A DNA stretch of 62,055 nt, the filler included, from Candidatus Hydrogenedentota bacterium (GTDB lineage: Bacteria; JBFMHD01): NCBI GenBank assembly GCA_040752395.1. It is 6 parts of 6 records of this genome, joined end to end, with 100 filler letters (N's around TTAATTAATTAA, not from the genome) between each part and the next. Parts side by side here need not be neighbours in the genome. Positions count along the whole stretch, not along the records: positions 8,045 to 15,974 come from JBFMHD010000126.1; positions 16,075 to 23,979 come from JBFMHD010000127.1; 4 more parts are not named here. One strand, 5' to 3'. Position 1 is the stretch's first letter; every line of letters begins with the position of its first letter. The notes beneath the pieces were generated by a model. That model was not told where the DNA came from. It did no database searches and was given only the letters and a program-made list of their open reading frames with translations. Shown here piece after piece: positions 10,279 through 20,887 of the stretch. A program made the translations under genes and the position numbers.

Positions 10279-11013
10279 CTAAGTAAGAATGGTTTGAGCA
10301 GTTTGCTGGTCTGCTGATTGTTTCTCTGGTATCTCCTCGTCTCTGCCTTCCCTGCGTATCTCAGCCTGGAGTTCTGGAGATAATTCATACATAAGGCAGC
10401 ACATCAGCCTGCCACAGAGTCCTGATATTTTAAGCGGGTTCAGGCTCAAATTTTGTTCTTTAGCTGCTCTTATTGATACCGGGCAAAACTCTCTTAAATT
10501 TTCAGCACAGCATAACCTCACACCGCAACATCCCAGTCCGCGAAGCATTTTTGCCTCATCACGAACACCTATCTGTCTTAATTCTATTCTTCGTTTAAAT
10601 ACCTTAGCAAGGTCTTTAACAAGTTCCCTGAAATCAACTCTATTATCAGCTCTAAAATAAAAGACATATTTACATCTATCAAAGAGCACTTCGCAGGTTA
10701 CAGGTTTCATTGGAAGCTTGTGTTCTTCTATCTTTTCCCTGAAAACTTTGAGTGCTTTTATAGCCTCTGCCTTGTTCTGTTTCCATTGTTCTATATCTTT
10801 ATCAGAAGCTTTTCTTATGATTTTTTTAGTAGGTTTAAGCGGCATTTCATCTTCTCTATTATAGATTTTAGGGTCAACCACCACATATCCGAGTTCCTGG
10901 CCGCGTTCTGTCTCTACAAGCACTCTATCGCCCCTTTTTAAAACATCCTCTTCTACCTGGAAATAATATATCTTTCCTGCTTTTTTAAATTGTACACCTA
11001 CTATCTCAATCAC
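10279..11013 (-). CDS. ricT: PSP1/YaaT (RicT) family protein
   Basis: RVDFRELVKDLA, RQIGVRDE, KISGLCGRLMCCL. Confidence 0.9.
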   Translation of the reverse strand: MIEIVGVQFKKAGKIYYFQVEEDVLKRGDRVLVETERGQELGYVVVDPKIYNREDEMPLKPTKKIIRKASDKDIEQWKQNKAEAIKALKVFREKIEEHKLPMKPVTCEVLFDRCKYVFYFRADNRVDFRELVKDLAKVFKRRIELRQIGVRDEAKMLRGLGCCGVRLCCAENLREFCPVSIRAAKEQNLSLNPLKISGLCGRLMCCLMYELSPELQAEIRREGRDEEIPEKQSADQQTAQTILT

Positions 11014-11984
11014 ACCATAACCTCCCTCATACGCATAAGTGCTTCTGGTAAAATAATATCTGCATTCAAATCTCGTGACAATCCTTCTCTTAAATTTATT
11101 ATCTCTTTTAAAACAAATTTTTCTTTTAATGGTGAATTCAACTTTTGTAAAGAGTTATCATACAATTTATCAGTCAATTTTTTTATAAATAAATCTATAA
11201 ATAATATATAGATATCCTTGAATGATATACCATCAGTAGCATCTATTTTTTCGTCTTCTTTATCTTCTTTTATCGCTCTCTTAATTTCAGTAATAATAAA
11301 ATTAAATATCTCACTTTTTTTATTACTGAAAAACAACTCTTCGAAATTTTTATACACATCACAAAACTTAGAATCTAATAAAAACCTAGCTATTTTTACA
11401 CTGCCCCTTGAATAAGGAAGCACGCCGTCAATATCCGCTGGAGGATAGTCTGTACTTAATATTTTTTTCAGTGTTATATCATCAAGTCTTTTGAATGTTA
11501 CCGGGATGCATCGCGAAGCTATTGTAGGGAATAGTTTTTCTTTATTCTGCGCTATAAGAATAAAGATGGTAGAATTCGAGGGTTCCTCGAGTGTCTTTAA
11601 AAAGGCGTTTGCACTCTCTTCATTAAAGGATTCAGGATACAATATAAAAACTTTTTTTTTTGCTTCTATTGGATAAAGAAACGATTCTTTGATAATTACC
11701 TCCTTCATATACTTTATAGATAAGACAGTCTTCTTATCTTTTTTAAAAGTTCTTACATCAAAATAAATATCCTTCATTATATTTCTACAAGTTGTACATT
11801 CGAGACAGGGCTTTATTAATGCTTCACAATTTATGCCCATAGCAAAATATCTGGAAGCAGTAAGCCTGCCAACCCCCGCTAACCCAAGAAAAAGATATGC
11901 ATGATGAAAATTTTCGTTCTCAATAATTCTATCAAGATACGCTAATACCTCGTCCTGTCCTATTAAAAACTCTTCTTTTTTCAC
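11010..11984 (-). CDS. holB: DNA polymerase III delta' subunit
   Basis: HAYLF.G, Cys4 zinc module, ANAFLKTLEEP, TIASRC; tmk-yaaR-holB-yaaT context. Confidence 0.88.
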   Translation of the reverse strand: MKKEEFLIGQDEVLAYLDRIIENENFHHAYLFLGLAGVGRLTASRYFAMGINCEALIKPCLECTTCRNIMKDIYFDVRTFKKDKKTVLSIKYMKEVIIKESFLYPIEAKKKVFILYPESFNEESANAFLKTLEEPSNSTIFILIAQNKEKLFPTIASRCIPVTFKRLDDITLKKILSTDYPPADIDGVLPYSRGSVKIARFLLDSKFCDVYKNFEELFFSNKKSEIFNFIITEIKRAIKEDKEDEKIDATDGISFKDIYILFIDLFIKKLTDKLYDNSLQKLNSPLKEKFVLKEIINLREGLSRDLNADIILPEALMRMREVMV

Positions 11985-12499
11985 TCTTCTTTCCCCTCAA
12001 GTATAACTATATCAAGTAATAAACCCCTTATATCATCGACTTTCGATAAAATATTTAGATTATTTTTTTCTTTTTTTACTAATTCGTCTGCGAGTTCCTC
12101 TAACTTTTCGTTTATATCTTCTGCGATAAGATATATCTTCTCATTTTCGACAAATCTTCTATGCTTCTTCTCAACGACTCTATATAAATCAGGGATTACT
12201 TTTCTCAAAAACTCCTGTATTAAAGCCTTATACCTCGCAAATACTGATAAACTACCTGTTTTAGGCAGCACTTTTCCAATCTCGTCTATCTCTCTGATAA
12301 GTTTCTCAAGCTCATACTTTGATACTGTAGTTGAATAATTTTTAACTATCTCTTCAAAACTTGATGTCTCCTCAATATCCGAAACCCTTGTATCAGCATC
12401 AGCAGATTTTAACACTCTTGCTTTTTCTAAATCTTTACCGCCACCGCTCTTTAATGAACCTGTCCCGGGTGCTGAGCTCTCTGCTTTAGTAACCTTCAT
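11981..12499 (-). CDS. YaaR/DUF327 family protein
   Basis: C-terminal IRGLLLD, YK.LI..FL; conserved position between tmk and holB. Confidence 0.8.
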   Translation of the reverse strand: MKVTKAESSAPGTGSLKSGGGKDLEKARVLKSADADTRVSDIEETSSFEEIVKNYSTTVSKYELEKLIREIDEIGKVLPKTGSLSVFARYKALIQEFLRKVIPDLYRVVEKKHRRFVENEKIYLIAEDINEKLEELADELVKKEKNNLNILSKVDDIRGLLLDIVILEGKEE

Positions 12500-13158
12500 A
12501 CCTTAAATCCTCTCTCTATTAACATAAGCTTTACAAAATCTAATACCTTTTCAAAAATTTTATCCTCATCATCATTAACATAAATATACTTAACTCTATC
12601 CGGTTCTTTCTGCTGTATCTTTTTATATCCTTCTCTCACTCTTCTGTGAAAACTTATACCCATCTCCTCAATTCTGTCAGGTGTACCGGCTGATTCATCC
12701 TTGGCTAAAGCTATGGCCTTTTTTAACCCTCTTTCAGCCTCTATATCAAGAACCAGGGTAATATCAGGAAGACAACCATTAACAGCAATTTTATTCAGGG
12801 TTTCGATAAGTTCTAAATCAAGTTGTCTGCCGTAACCCTGATACGCAGTAGATGAATCCATAAACCTATCACAGATAACAATAGTTCCTCGCATAAGCGC
12901 GGGTTTAATCATTTCTTCAATGTGTTGTGCTCTACAAGCAGCATATAATAAAAGCTCTGTTGTAGAGATCATTTCTTTATTTTTAGGGTCAAGCAATAAC
13001 CCTCTTATTTTATCTCCGATTAAACTGCCACCAGGTTCACGGGTATACAAAACCTCATTTCCCCTGTCCCGTAAATATTGAACAAGTCTCGAAGACTGGG
13101 TTGTTTTACCACTGCCCTCAGGCCCCTCAAAAGTTATGAAAATCCCTCTCTTCTTCAT
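12496..13158 (-). CDS. tmk: Thymidylate kinase
   Basis: FEGPEGSGKTTQ, TREPGG, CDRF..S..AYQG. Confidence 0.95.
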   Translation of the reverse strand: MKKRGIFITFEGPEGSGKTTQSSRLVQYLRDRGNEVLYTREPGGSLIGDKIRGLLLDPKNKEMISTTELLLYAACRAQHIEEMIKPALMRGTIVICDRFMDSSTAYQGYGRQLDLELIETLNKIAVNGCLPDITLVLDIEAERGLKKAIALAKDESAGTPDRIEEMGISFHRRVREGYKKIQQKEPDRVKYIYVNDDEDKIFEKVLDFVKLMLIERGFKV

Positions 13159-13678
13159 AATTAATAAACTCCTTTTCTAAAAATTGTAAAGCTGTTATTT
13201 CTTTTCTCATTATATACCGTTTAGTTTTATACCTGCTGTTTTTCCAGAAAGCTACACCCTCTTCATTCTCACTGAATACATCTACTTCTATATATTTCAC
13301 GTTCTTTAACTTGAACCACTCTTCTATCCTCTCTAATAACTCTTTCCCGATTTTAAGTTTTCGATAATTATCATCAACATATAATTCAGCAATGAGACCA
13401 TAATTATATTGTTTCAGCGGTTGGGGACATTGTTTCAGCCCACCAAGAATATAGCCGATGCATTTTTCTTTATCTTTTGCCACAAAAGCACCTGTTGTAT
13501 CTTTATGTAGCAATGTATTTAAATAATTTCTGTAATAGGAACATGCATTCTCATCAAGCTCAAGTTTAGCATCAATCCTGGAATGATGTTTTACGAACTC
13601 TAACCATAAATCTATTATATTTTCTATATCAGCAAGCGATGCCTGCCCTATTTTAATATTATCTTCTCTCCCATTCAT
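13127..13678 (-). CDS. GNAT family acetyltransferase
   Basis: LYV...YR..KIGKELL acetyl-CoA motif, N..GVAFW. Confidence 0.85.
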   Translation of the reverse strand: MNGREDNIKIGQASLADIENIIDLWLEFVKHHSRIDAKLELDENACSYYRNYLNTLLHKDTTGAFVAKDKEKCIGYILGGLKQCPQPLKQYNYGLIAELYVDDNYRKLKIGKELLERIEEWFKLKNVKYIEVDVFSENEEGVAFWKNSRYKTKRYIMRKEITALQFLEKEFINYEEERDFHNF

Positions 13679-13696
13679 ATACTTGCTCTAATTTCG

Positions 13697-14275
13697 CTAA
13701 TAAGCGCTCAATGGTAAAATAAATTCATTAAATTTACCGGGTTTATAGTCTTGTTTATATGAGCTCTCAGGACTTCGTTGAATCCTTATTGCGAAGACAT
13801 CTGATTCCATAGCCTCGGTTATATCGCTGTCACTATCTCCAAAGAAACAAATAAACCTGTGTTTTTTTAAAACATCAGATTTATATTCTGAATTATCTGT
13901 AAAATATATCTCATCAGTCAGCCACTCCCAGTATTTCTTTATTTTATCAGTATTTATATCGGGCCTTGCTGTGATTATTACAGAATCTATCCCGAATGCC
14001 CTGGCTAAAATTGCTATACTTACTGTAACCTTCTTTATATTGCCATTTTCAATATCACCATTTACCATTTCCCAATATTTGGGAGAAAATTTTTTGATTT
14101 TAAATTTATATGCAAGTTTATCAGCTTTGACAAATGCGGGCGAAGAAAATATCAAAGTATCATCCATATCAAACCCTATCTTTACATCAAGCACAACATT
14201 TGTTAAAACGATTATTGCATATACAAGAACCAGTATTAAAAAAACAACAAATTTTTTCTTAATAGCCATTGGCAA
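13697..14275 (-). CDS. HAD superfamily class B acid phosphatase-like protein
   Basis: N-terminal TM; FDMDDT, ITAR, FGDSDSD, R...SSY. Confidence 0.75.
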   Translation of the reverse strand: MPMAIKKKFVVFLILVLVYAIIVLTNVVLDVKIGFDMDDTLIFSSPAFVKADKLAYKFKIKKFSPKYWEMVNGDIENGNIKKVTVSIAILARAFGIDSVIITARPDINTDKIKKYWEWLTDEIYFTDNSEYKSDVLKKHRFICFFGDSDSDITEAMESDVFAIRIQRSPESSYKQDYKPGKFNEFILPLSAY

Positions 14276-14345
14276 CCCTGTAATTCATCAATTATAGGTG
14301 AATAAGAAATAAAAAGTAAGAAGTGAGAAGTATCAGATTTCTTTC

Positions 14346-15032
14346 TTATTTACATTGTGTAACATCGCATACTATGCAGGGGACATTTCTTCCTGGATAC
14401 CCTAATTTTTTACGCACCTCCATTATTTTTTCTACGTCTTCTTTAGATAAATAATTTATCTGTCCTATATTCATAGCATAATAATAGATACGTGCAAAAT
14501 GTTCAACTGTTTCAAGTCGATAATATGCTTGTTTTAAATCTTCTCCGAATGTTAAAACACCATGGTTCTGTAACAACATCGCATCGCATTTAGGAACAAG
14601 TTCTTTTATCGAGTCAGGGACCTCAGTTGTAGAAGGAGTTGCATACGGTGCTTTTGGTATAGCTCCTAAGGTGGCTATAACCTCGGGTAAAACGCATTTT
14701 GATAGATCAAACTCTGATACGGCAAATGCTGTTGAATACTGTGGATGAGCATGAACAACTGCTTTAATATCTTCCCTGATGTTATATGCTACAAGATGCA
14801 TTTTTATCTCAGAAGATGGTTTTTTTGCGCCGTTAAAAACATTGCCATTCAAATCCATTAAAACAATATCATCTATATTTAACTCGCCTTTACAAACTCC
14901 TTGTGGCGTAGCTAAAACCCTGTTTTTTTCAACCCTTATACTTATATTCCCATCAAAAGCTACAACTAAACCATTCTCATACATCCGCTTCCCTATCTCA
15001 ACTATCTCTTTCCTTGCTCTAAATAATTCCAT
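14346..15032 (-). CDS. Class II aldolase/adducin family protein (FucA-like)
   Basis: GNIS, PSSE..MH, HAHP, LLQNHG; true start 15032. Confidence 0.88.
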   Translation of the reverse strand: MELFRARKEIVEIGKRMYENGLVVAFDGNISIRVEKNRVLATPQGVCKGELNIDDIVLMDLNGNVFNGAKKPSSEIKMHLVAYNIREDIKAVVHAHPQYSTAFAVSEFDLSKCVLPEVIATLGAIPKAPYATPSTTEVPDSIKELVPKCDAMLLQNHGVLTFGEDLKQAYYRLETVEHFARIYYYAMNIGQINYLSKEDVEKIMEVRKKLGYPGRNVPCIVCDVTQCK

Positions 15033-15195
15033 CTTATCTCCTCTGAAAAACATTGTAACTCTAATAATATCAAATAGAAGCAAGAGGCAAGATAAACAAA
15101 CATCTGGTTTTTCATACCTTGTGTAGAGCGCAAAAACGCAAGAACCCAATAACCCAATAGTGTAGAGCGCAAATTGTGCTCACGGCGATTCCTTT
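15033..15195 (-). repeat. Mosaic cassette A1-octamers-A2-B'-F-E providing the RBS of the aldolase
   Basis: Shared modules; ..TTTTTCAGAGGAG-ataag-ATG. Confidence 0.95.
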
Positions 15196-15201
15196 CTGTT
15201 T

Positions 15202-15232
15202 ACTATATACAATGTAATAAGAATTTATTCAA
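15202..15232 (-). promoter_or_regulatory. Putative sigma70 promoter upstream of the cassette and aldolase
   Basis: TTGAAT-17-TATATA, or -19-TATAGT. Confidence 0.45.
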
Positions 15233-15289
15233 GAATTATTTAAACAATTACGATAAATTTATTGATAAGAGGTATCTGGAGGTATTATT

Positions 15290-15805
15290 ATGAATAAGAT
15301 ATATAGAATATTATTAGCGTGTATATTAATCATCGGTTTTTCTTCAACGCTCTTTGCTAAAAATATCTTTAGTGATTTAAAAAAATTGATAACAAAAAAG
15401 AGACAAGAGATCATCCAGACAAAGACAATATGGTTCACACTATATCTAACAAACAACAAAACTATTGAGTGCCTTGATACAAAATCACCTTATAACCCGA
15501 GCAGTATAAAAGTTTTAACTGATTATGAATCTGTTTCAAAGATACAATTAAAATATATTAAATATATTGATTTTTCTAAAACCAATAAAAATATTCTCGA
15601 GAACGAATGGGCTAATGCTGAGAACGATATAATACATCTTATTAATAGCGATATAATGTCAGGAACCATAACTGGCTTTGCAGGCGATTCCTGTAAAATA
15701 GAAACACCCTATGGCACTCATAATGTATTATTGAACGGCGTTGATTATATCATCATCGCAAAAAGAGAAGAACTCCCAAAGAAAGAAGAAAAAAAACAAG
15801 AATAA
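15290..15805 (+). CDS. Hypothetical secreted protein
   Basis: SD GGAGG, signal-peptide-like N-terminus, 171 aa. Confidence 0.7.
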   Translation: MNKIYRILLACILIIGFSSTLFAKNIFSDLKKLITKKRQEIIQTKTIWFTLYLTNNKTIECLDTKSPYNPSSIKVLTDYESVSKIQLKYIKYIDFSKTNKNILENEWANAENDIIHLINSDIMSGTITGFAGDSCKIETPYGTHNVLLNGVDYIIIAKREELPKKEEKKQE

Positions 15806-15974
15806 GTCATAACTTCCAGTTTTTGAATTACTGGATATATTTTAATGACTATAGTTAAGCAGAAAATACAAGATAAAAATTCATAAAAAAGTGAATTTAA
15901 GAGTGTTATTTATGTCTAATATTTTTTTATTGTTTGTGGGGAACATACACAAAGTATCAAAAATTAATTTTTTG

Positions 15975-16074
15975 NNNNNNNNNNNNNNNNNNNNNNNNNN
16001 NNNNNNNNNNNNNNNNNNTTAATTAATTAANNNNNNNNNNNNNNNNNNNNNNNNNNNNNNNNNNNNNNNNNNNN
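15975..16074. other. Artificial contig linker
   Basis: N44-TTAATTAATTAA-N44. Confidence 0.98.
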
Positions 16075-16257
16075 TTACGGTCTGTTTGTTTGTTTCGCAC
16101 GCTATACGTGCTTTGTCAGGTGGCTTCAACTTTACAGATTACTCCATAAGTTGCACCTCAAACTAAATCGTTTACAGACTTTTACGATTACTGACACCTT
16201 GTAGTCAGTTAGATTTCAAAGAGCTTATCTTGGCACGCTTGAATCTTTCAATCTATG

Positions 16258-16908
16258 TCAAAAATATCTGAAATAATCTTTTAAATCAGTAAATTTTAAT
16301 TTTTCAACAGATTTAAGTTTTGAAAAATCATAATATTTGATCTTCATTCTTTCAACTGTAATGATATTCATAACATTAGAAATAGCTTCATCTAAATTGT
16401 CATTTATAACAAAATAATCGTAATGAGGTAAAGATATAATTTCTTTTTTAGCATTCTCGAGCCTCCGCGCAATAACATCACAAGAGTCTGTTTTCCGTTT
16501 CTTTAACCTCTGCTCAAGTTTCTTAAATGATGGCGGAAGAATAAAAATCAATACTGAATTATCACGATACAATCTTCTAATATTCATACCACCCTGTACA
16601 TCGATATCAAGTAAAATATCAATACCATTTTTAATGGTTTTATTAATATATTCACGCGGTGAACCATAATAATTTCCATGTACCTCAGCCCATTCAACAA
16701 ATTTTTTAGTTATAATCATCTTTTCGAACTTCTCTCTTGTTACAAACCAATAAGATTCTCCATTGATCTCATCCTGTCTTTTTGGTCTTGAGGTATAAGA
16801 AACAGAAAATTTTAAATTTTTGTCACTTTTTAATACTTCCTTACATATAGTGGTCTTCCCTGCTCCGCTTGGAGCTGAGAAAACAAAAAGGATACCCTTT
16901 CTTTTCAT
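16258..16908 (-). CDS. gmk: Guanylate kinase
   Basis: SAPSGAGKTT, SYTSR..R..E, HGNYYG, DIDVQG. Confidence 0.95.
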   Translation of the reverse strand: MKRKGILFVFSAPSGAGKTTICKEVLKSDKNLKFSVSYTSRPKRQDEINGESYWFVTREKFEKMIITKKFVEWAEVHGNYYGSPREYINKTIKNGIDILLDIDVQGGMNIRRLYRDNSVLIFILPPSFKKLEQRLKKRKTDSCDVIARRLENAKKEIISLPHYDYFVINDNLDEAISNVMNIITVERMKIKYYDFSKLKSVEKLKFTDLKDYFRYF

Positions 16909-16952
16909 ACTTTATCATCCCTTCATTTTACAAACTACAAACAATAAACGGG

Positions 16953-17825
16953 TCATTCAATATTCTGTGCCTGCTCCCTTATCTGCTCAACAATCTTTTT
17001 GGCATTAACACCTATCCGTATAATCTCTGCATCAACAGATTTAGAATTAATCGTATTAAATTCTCTGACAAGTTCCTGTATAATAAAATTTAATTTTCTT
17101 CCCTCGGTCTGTTTGGACTCAATCATTTCAAATATCACGCTTAAATGTGATTTAAGTCTCACTATCTCTTCCTTGATATCGCATTTTTCTACATAAAATA
17201 AAATCTCCTGCGCTAATCTTTGCTCCTCAACAGCTCCATCTAATCGGGATTTCCTGATTTTTTCCATTAATTTTTCCCTTACTTTTTCTTCCATAGAAAA
17301 AGTAAGCGCTTCAACCCTGTCAACTAAAGATATGAGTTCCTCAGTCATATTCTTAATGTCTCTTTCAAGCTTCGCTCCTTCTTCAGTTCTCATTCTATTT
17401 AGCTCATTAAATGCTTTGTTTAATGCTTCAAACAATGAATCTTTATCTGCTGATATTTCAGGTTCTTCAAATTTTGATATAGAAATAATATTTATCAAAT
17501 CATTTATACTAAACTCCCCTTTGATACCAAACTCGTTTTTTAATTGAAGCACAGCATTATAATATACCTTTGCAAGATTAACGTTAATTACGCTTTCAGA
17601 TGGTAGCGCCCCATTTGGTATAAATTTGATGTAAACTATTATCCTTCCCCGACTAATATTCTCGCTTATAAATTTTTTTATCTCGTTTTCATATTTAAAC
17701 AAACATTCCGGAGCGTTTATATTTATATCTAAGGAACGGGAATTTAAACTTCTCACTTCAACACTTATCCTTCCATTAGCGGTTTTTGTTTCATAACCAC
17801 CGTATCCAGTCATTGATAAAAACAT
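16953..17825 (-). CDS. YicC/YloC family endoribonuclease
   Basis: SMTGYG, GRKLNF..QE..RE.NT, IREQAQNIE; lies next to gmk. Confidence 0.92.
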   Translation of the reverse strand: MFLSMTGYGGYETKTANGRISVEVRSLNSRSLDININAPECLFKYENEIKKFISENISRGRIIVYIKFIPNGALPSESVINVNLAKVYYNAVLQLKNEFGIKGEFSINDLINIISISKFEEPEISADKDSLFEALNKAFNELNRMRTEEGAKLERDIKNMTEELISLVDRVEALTFSMEEKVREKLMEKIRKSRLDGAVEEQRLAQEILFYVEKCDIKEEIVRLKSHLSVIFEMIESKQTEGRKLNFIIQELVREFNTINSKSVDAEIIRIGVNAKKIVEQIREQAQNIE

Positions 17826-17914
17826 TTTAAATCTCCATCTTTTGTGTCTTCTGTCTCCTGTCTTCTATCTTTTACACTTCTTTCATTATCTCGCTTCTTG
17901 CTTCTTTTGTTATC

Positions 17915-19636
17915 TTACTCCGACACGGTATCCAAAATATCCCTGTATTTATCTTTTAAAAAATCTCTACCTTTAAGAATAAAATTTGAATGAGCTTGAA
18001 ATATAGCATCTGTCTCACATAAAAATTTACGCGTTATAAATCTTTTTCTCTCGGATTTAACAGCCTGAAGCAGAAGTAGATATAATGTATAAAGCCTTAC
18101 TGCCATCTCAACAAGCCGTGAAGCCACAAGTGAATTATAATCATTATCATTTTTGTTTTTCAAATAATCTATGCACCTGTTGAGTATATTTCTTAAATTC
18201 TTAAGCTCTGATTTTTCATCCTGCAGATAAGCCGGGATATTCATTTTATCAAATCTATCAAACTCTTTTTCAAGAACCCGCGTCATTACACCGCCAAACG
18301 CGCCGATAACCTGAAGTTGAGACGTGCCCTCGTATATATTCGTTATTCTCACATCGCGATATAATCTCTGTACAGCAAACTCTTTCATAAAACCTGTGCC
18401 GCCATGAACCTGGATCGCATCAGAACAAACTTTATTCGCCATTTCAGTAGAGAAATATTTTGTCATAGGAGTGAGAACACCTGAAAGAGCATTTATCTCT
18501 TTAATTAAAGGTCTCATATCTTTATCTTGAGTTTTTTCAAAAAGCCGTTCATAACCTTTTTCTAAATCAACAAATCTTGAGGTTTCATATAATAACGCAC
18601 GAGTAGCTTCAATATTAACAGCCATATTGCATAGCATATCATAAACAGCTGGGAATTCTATAATGGCTCTTTTAAACTGCTCACGTTCGCGTGCATACTT
18701 CAAAGCTGCCCTGTACGCAGCCTCAGCTATGCCAAGAGCCTGAGCCGATACAGCCATCCGAGCAGCATTCATTAATGCCATAACATATTTTATTAACCCC
18801 ATCTTGCGTTTACCAATAAGATAAGCAGGTGTCCCATTATATTGTATCTCACAAGTGGGTGAACCATGAATACCAAGTTTGTTTTCAATCCTTCTAATCC
18901 TTACTGTGTCATCCCGTTCATATATAAACATAGATAAGCCTCTGCCATCAGTTGTCCCCGGCTCAGAACGCGCAAGTATTAACGCAATATCAGCATAGCC
19001 GTTTGTAATAAACCGTTTAACCCCATATATCCGCCACATCCCAATTTTTTCATCGTATTCAGCACGTGTCTGAACCGCCTGTAAATCACTACCAGCATCA
19101 GGCTCTGTTAATATCATTGCACCAGTAACCTCACCACTTGCAAATCGAGGTAAATATCTTCGCTTTATCTCATCATCCGCGAACTCGTTTATTGTCTCAG
19201 CTATATCCTGAAGCCCAAAAAGATTCATAATACTTGCGTCAGCTCTCGAGACTATCTCTATAGCCGCAGAATAAATAGGTGCGGGAAAATTAAGACCACC
19301 ATATTCTCGCGGCAACGTAAATCCCATAACATCTGCTTGAGATAAAAGTTTTAACCCTACTTTGGTCCCATAAGCATACTCAACCCTGCCATCATAATAA
19401 TGGGCTCCCTCCTCATCAACAGATTCTGCAAACGGCGCTATTACACAACCAGCTATCTCTCCAACTATATCTAAAACTCTCTCGTAACTATCACGAGCAT
19501 CTTTTTCATTTAATGGTGCAAAATCGTATTTTTTAACCTGTTCAAAATTTTCTTCACGCCATTTTATACTCTCGCTTATATCAAGATTATCAATAACAAA
19601 CTTTATATCAGGATTATCCTTGTAGAAATTAGCCAT
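17915..19636 (-). CDS. Acyl-CoA dehydrogenase
   Basis: LTEPDAGSD, K.FITNG, REQF, QVHGGTG, IYEGT; start at 19636 after SD GAGGAG. Confidence 0.92.
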   Translation of the reverse strand: MANFYKDNPDIKFVIDNLDISESIKWREENFEQVKKYDFAPLNEKDARDSYERVLDIVGEIAGCVIAPFAESVDEEGAHYYDGRVEYAYGTKVGLKLLSQADVMGFTLPREYGGLNFPAPIYSAAIEIVSRADASIMNLFGLQDIAETINEFADDEIKRRYLPRFASGEVTGAMILTEPDAGSDLQAVQTRAEYDEKIGMWRIYGVKRFITNGYADIALILARSEPGTTDGRGLSMFIYERDDTVRIRRIENKLGIHGSPTCEIQYNGTPAYLIGKRKMGLIKYVMALMNAARMAVSAQALGIAEAAYRAALKYAREREQFKRAIIEFPAVYDMLCNMAVNIEATRALLYETSRFVDLEKGYERLFEKTQDKDMRPLIKEINALSGVLTPMTKYFSTEMANKVCSDAIQVHGGTGFMKEFAVQRLYRDVRITNIYEGTSQLQVIGAFGGVMTRVLEKEFDRFDKMNIPAYLQDEKSELKNLRNILNRCIDYLKNKNDNDYNSLVASRLVEMAVRLYTLYLLLLQAVKSERKRFITRKFLCETDAIFQAHSNFILKGRDFLKDKYRDILDTVSE

Positions 19637-19749
19637 TAATAACTCCTCGCATGTGTCCACTCAGTCTGCAAACCTCATAGGTCTGCCCATACAACGGCTT
19701 TCCGTTATCTTGCTTCTTGTCTCTTGCATCTTGCTTCTTAAAAGTTCCC

Positions 19750-20769
19750 CTATCTGCTCTCTTCTTTGTAGATTTTAATCAGCTTTGGCACTATCTCATT
19801 AAGATCACCTATGATACCATAATGAGCAATAGAAAATATCGACGCGTTCGGGTCTTTGTTTATAGCTATGATTTTGCCTGATTCTGACATACCAGCTCTA
19901 TGCTGTACCGCACCAGAAATACCAACAGCTATATAGACCCTCGGCCTTACAGTGGTACCTGTCTGACCAACCTGCCGCTCTCTTTCAATAAACCCTGCAT
20001 CAACCGCAGCCCTACTACCCGCTACTTCACCACCAAGTGTATGGGCTAAATCAAAGATTATTTTAAAATTCTCTTTGCTTCCAACACCCATCCCACCACT
20101 AACAATAATACCAGCATTCTTAAGATTAACTTTTTTAGGTTTCTGCTCCCTTTTTAATATCTCAATTATAAAATCTTCTTTTGGTAGCTCTACTTTTACT
20201 TCTATGATTTCACCTCCGCGTTCCGTATCTTTTAGTGGCATCTTCATTACACCCTCTCGAACAGTAGCCATCTGCGGAAAATTCATAGGATTAACAATCG
20301 TTGCAATTATATTACCACCAAATGCAGGCCTTATCTGATATAATAAATCAGTATAAACTTTATTCTCGATTTTATCTTCATAATCGCCTATCTGTAAATC
20401 AGTGCAATCCGCGGTTAAACCTGCACGCAAGTTTGAAGCAATCCGTGGGGCAAGGTCGCGACCAATTATTGTGGCACCATATAAAACTATCTCAGGCTTA
20501 TACTCTTTTATTATCTTAATAGCAGCACGTGCATAAGGTAGAGTCATATAAACTTCTAATTCCGGTCTGTCAAGTACATAAACTTTATCACAACCATACT
20601 GGATTAACTCTAAAACAAGATTATCTATTTTATGTCCAAATATAAAAGAACATAACTTACTCCCTAACTTATTCGCAAGCTCTTTACCCTTACCAAGAAG
20701 TTCTATGCTCACCTCTTTAATTTTATTATTTTCCTGTTCTGCAAAAACCCAAACGTCCGAATGCCTCAT
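19750..20769 (-). CDS. etfA: Electron transfer flavoprotein alpha subunit
   Basis: GLTADCT, RPAFGG, QVGQTG, GISGAVQH. Confidence 0.93.
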   Translation of the reverse strand: MRHSDVWVFAEQENNKIKEVSIELLGKGKELANKLGSKLCSFIFGHKIDNLVLELIQYGCDKVYVLDRPELEVYMTLPYARAAIKIIKEYKPEIVLYGATIIGRDLAPRIASNLRAGLTADCTDLQIGDYEDKIENKVYTDLLYQIRPAFGGNIIATIVNPMNFPQMATVREGVMKMPLKDTERGGEIIEVKVELPKEDFIIEILKREQKPKKVNLKNAGIIVSGGMGVGSKENFKIIFDLAHTLGGEVAGSRAAVDAGFIERERQVGQTGTTVRPRVYIAVGISGAVQHRAGMSESGKIIAINKDPNASIFSIAHYGIIGDLNEIVPKLIKIYKEESR

Positions 20770-20887
20770 TATAAAATCTCCGTAACTAACTGGTCTTCAG
20801 TAGAGTTCTTAGTATTTCCTCAGTCTTCAGTTGGATTCCGTAATCTTGCTTGTTGCTTCTTAATCCCACCTATAACCGGGACATCAC

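Noticed and set aside
16075-16160. GAGGTG SD and ATG downstream of gmk (rpoZ expected)
   Set aside because: The frame stops after two codons, has no RpoZ resemblance and is cut by the contig edge.
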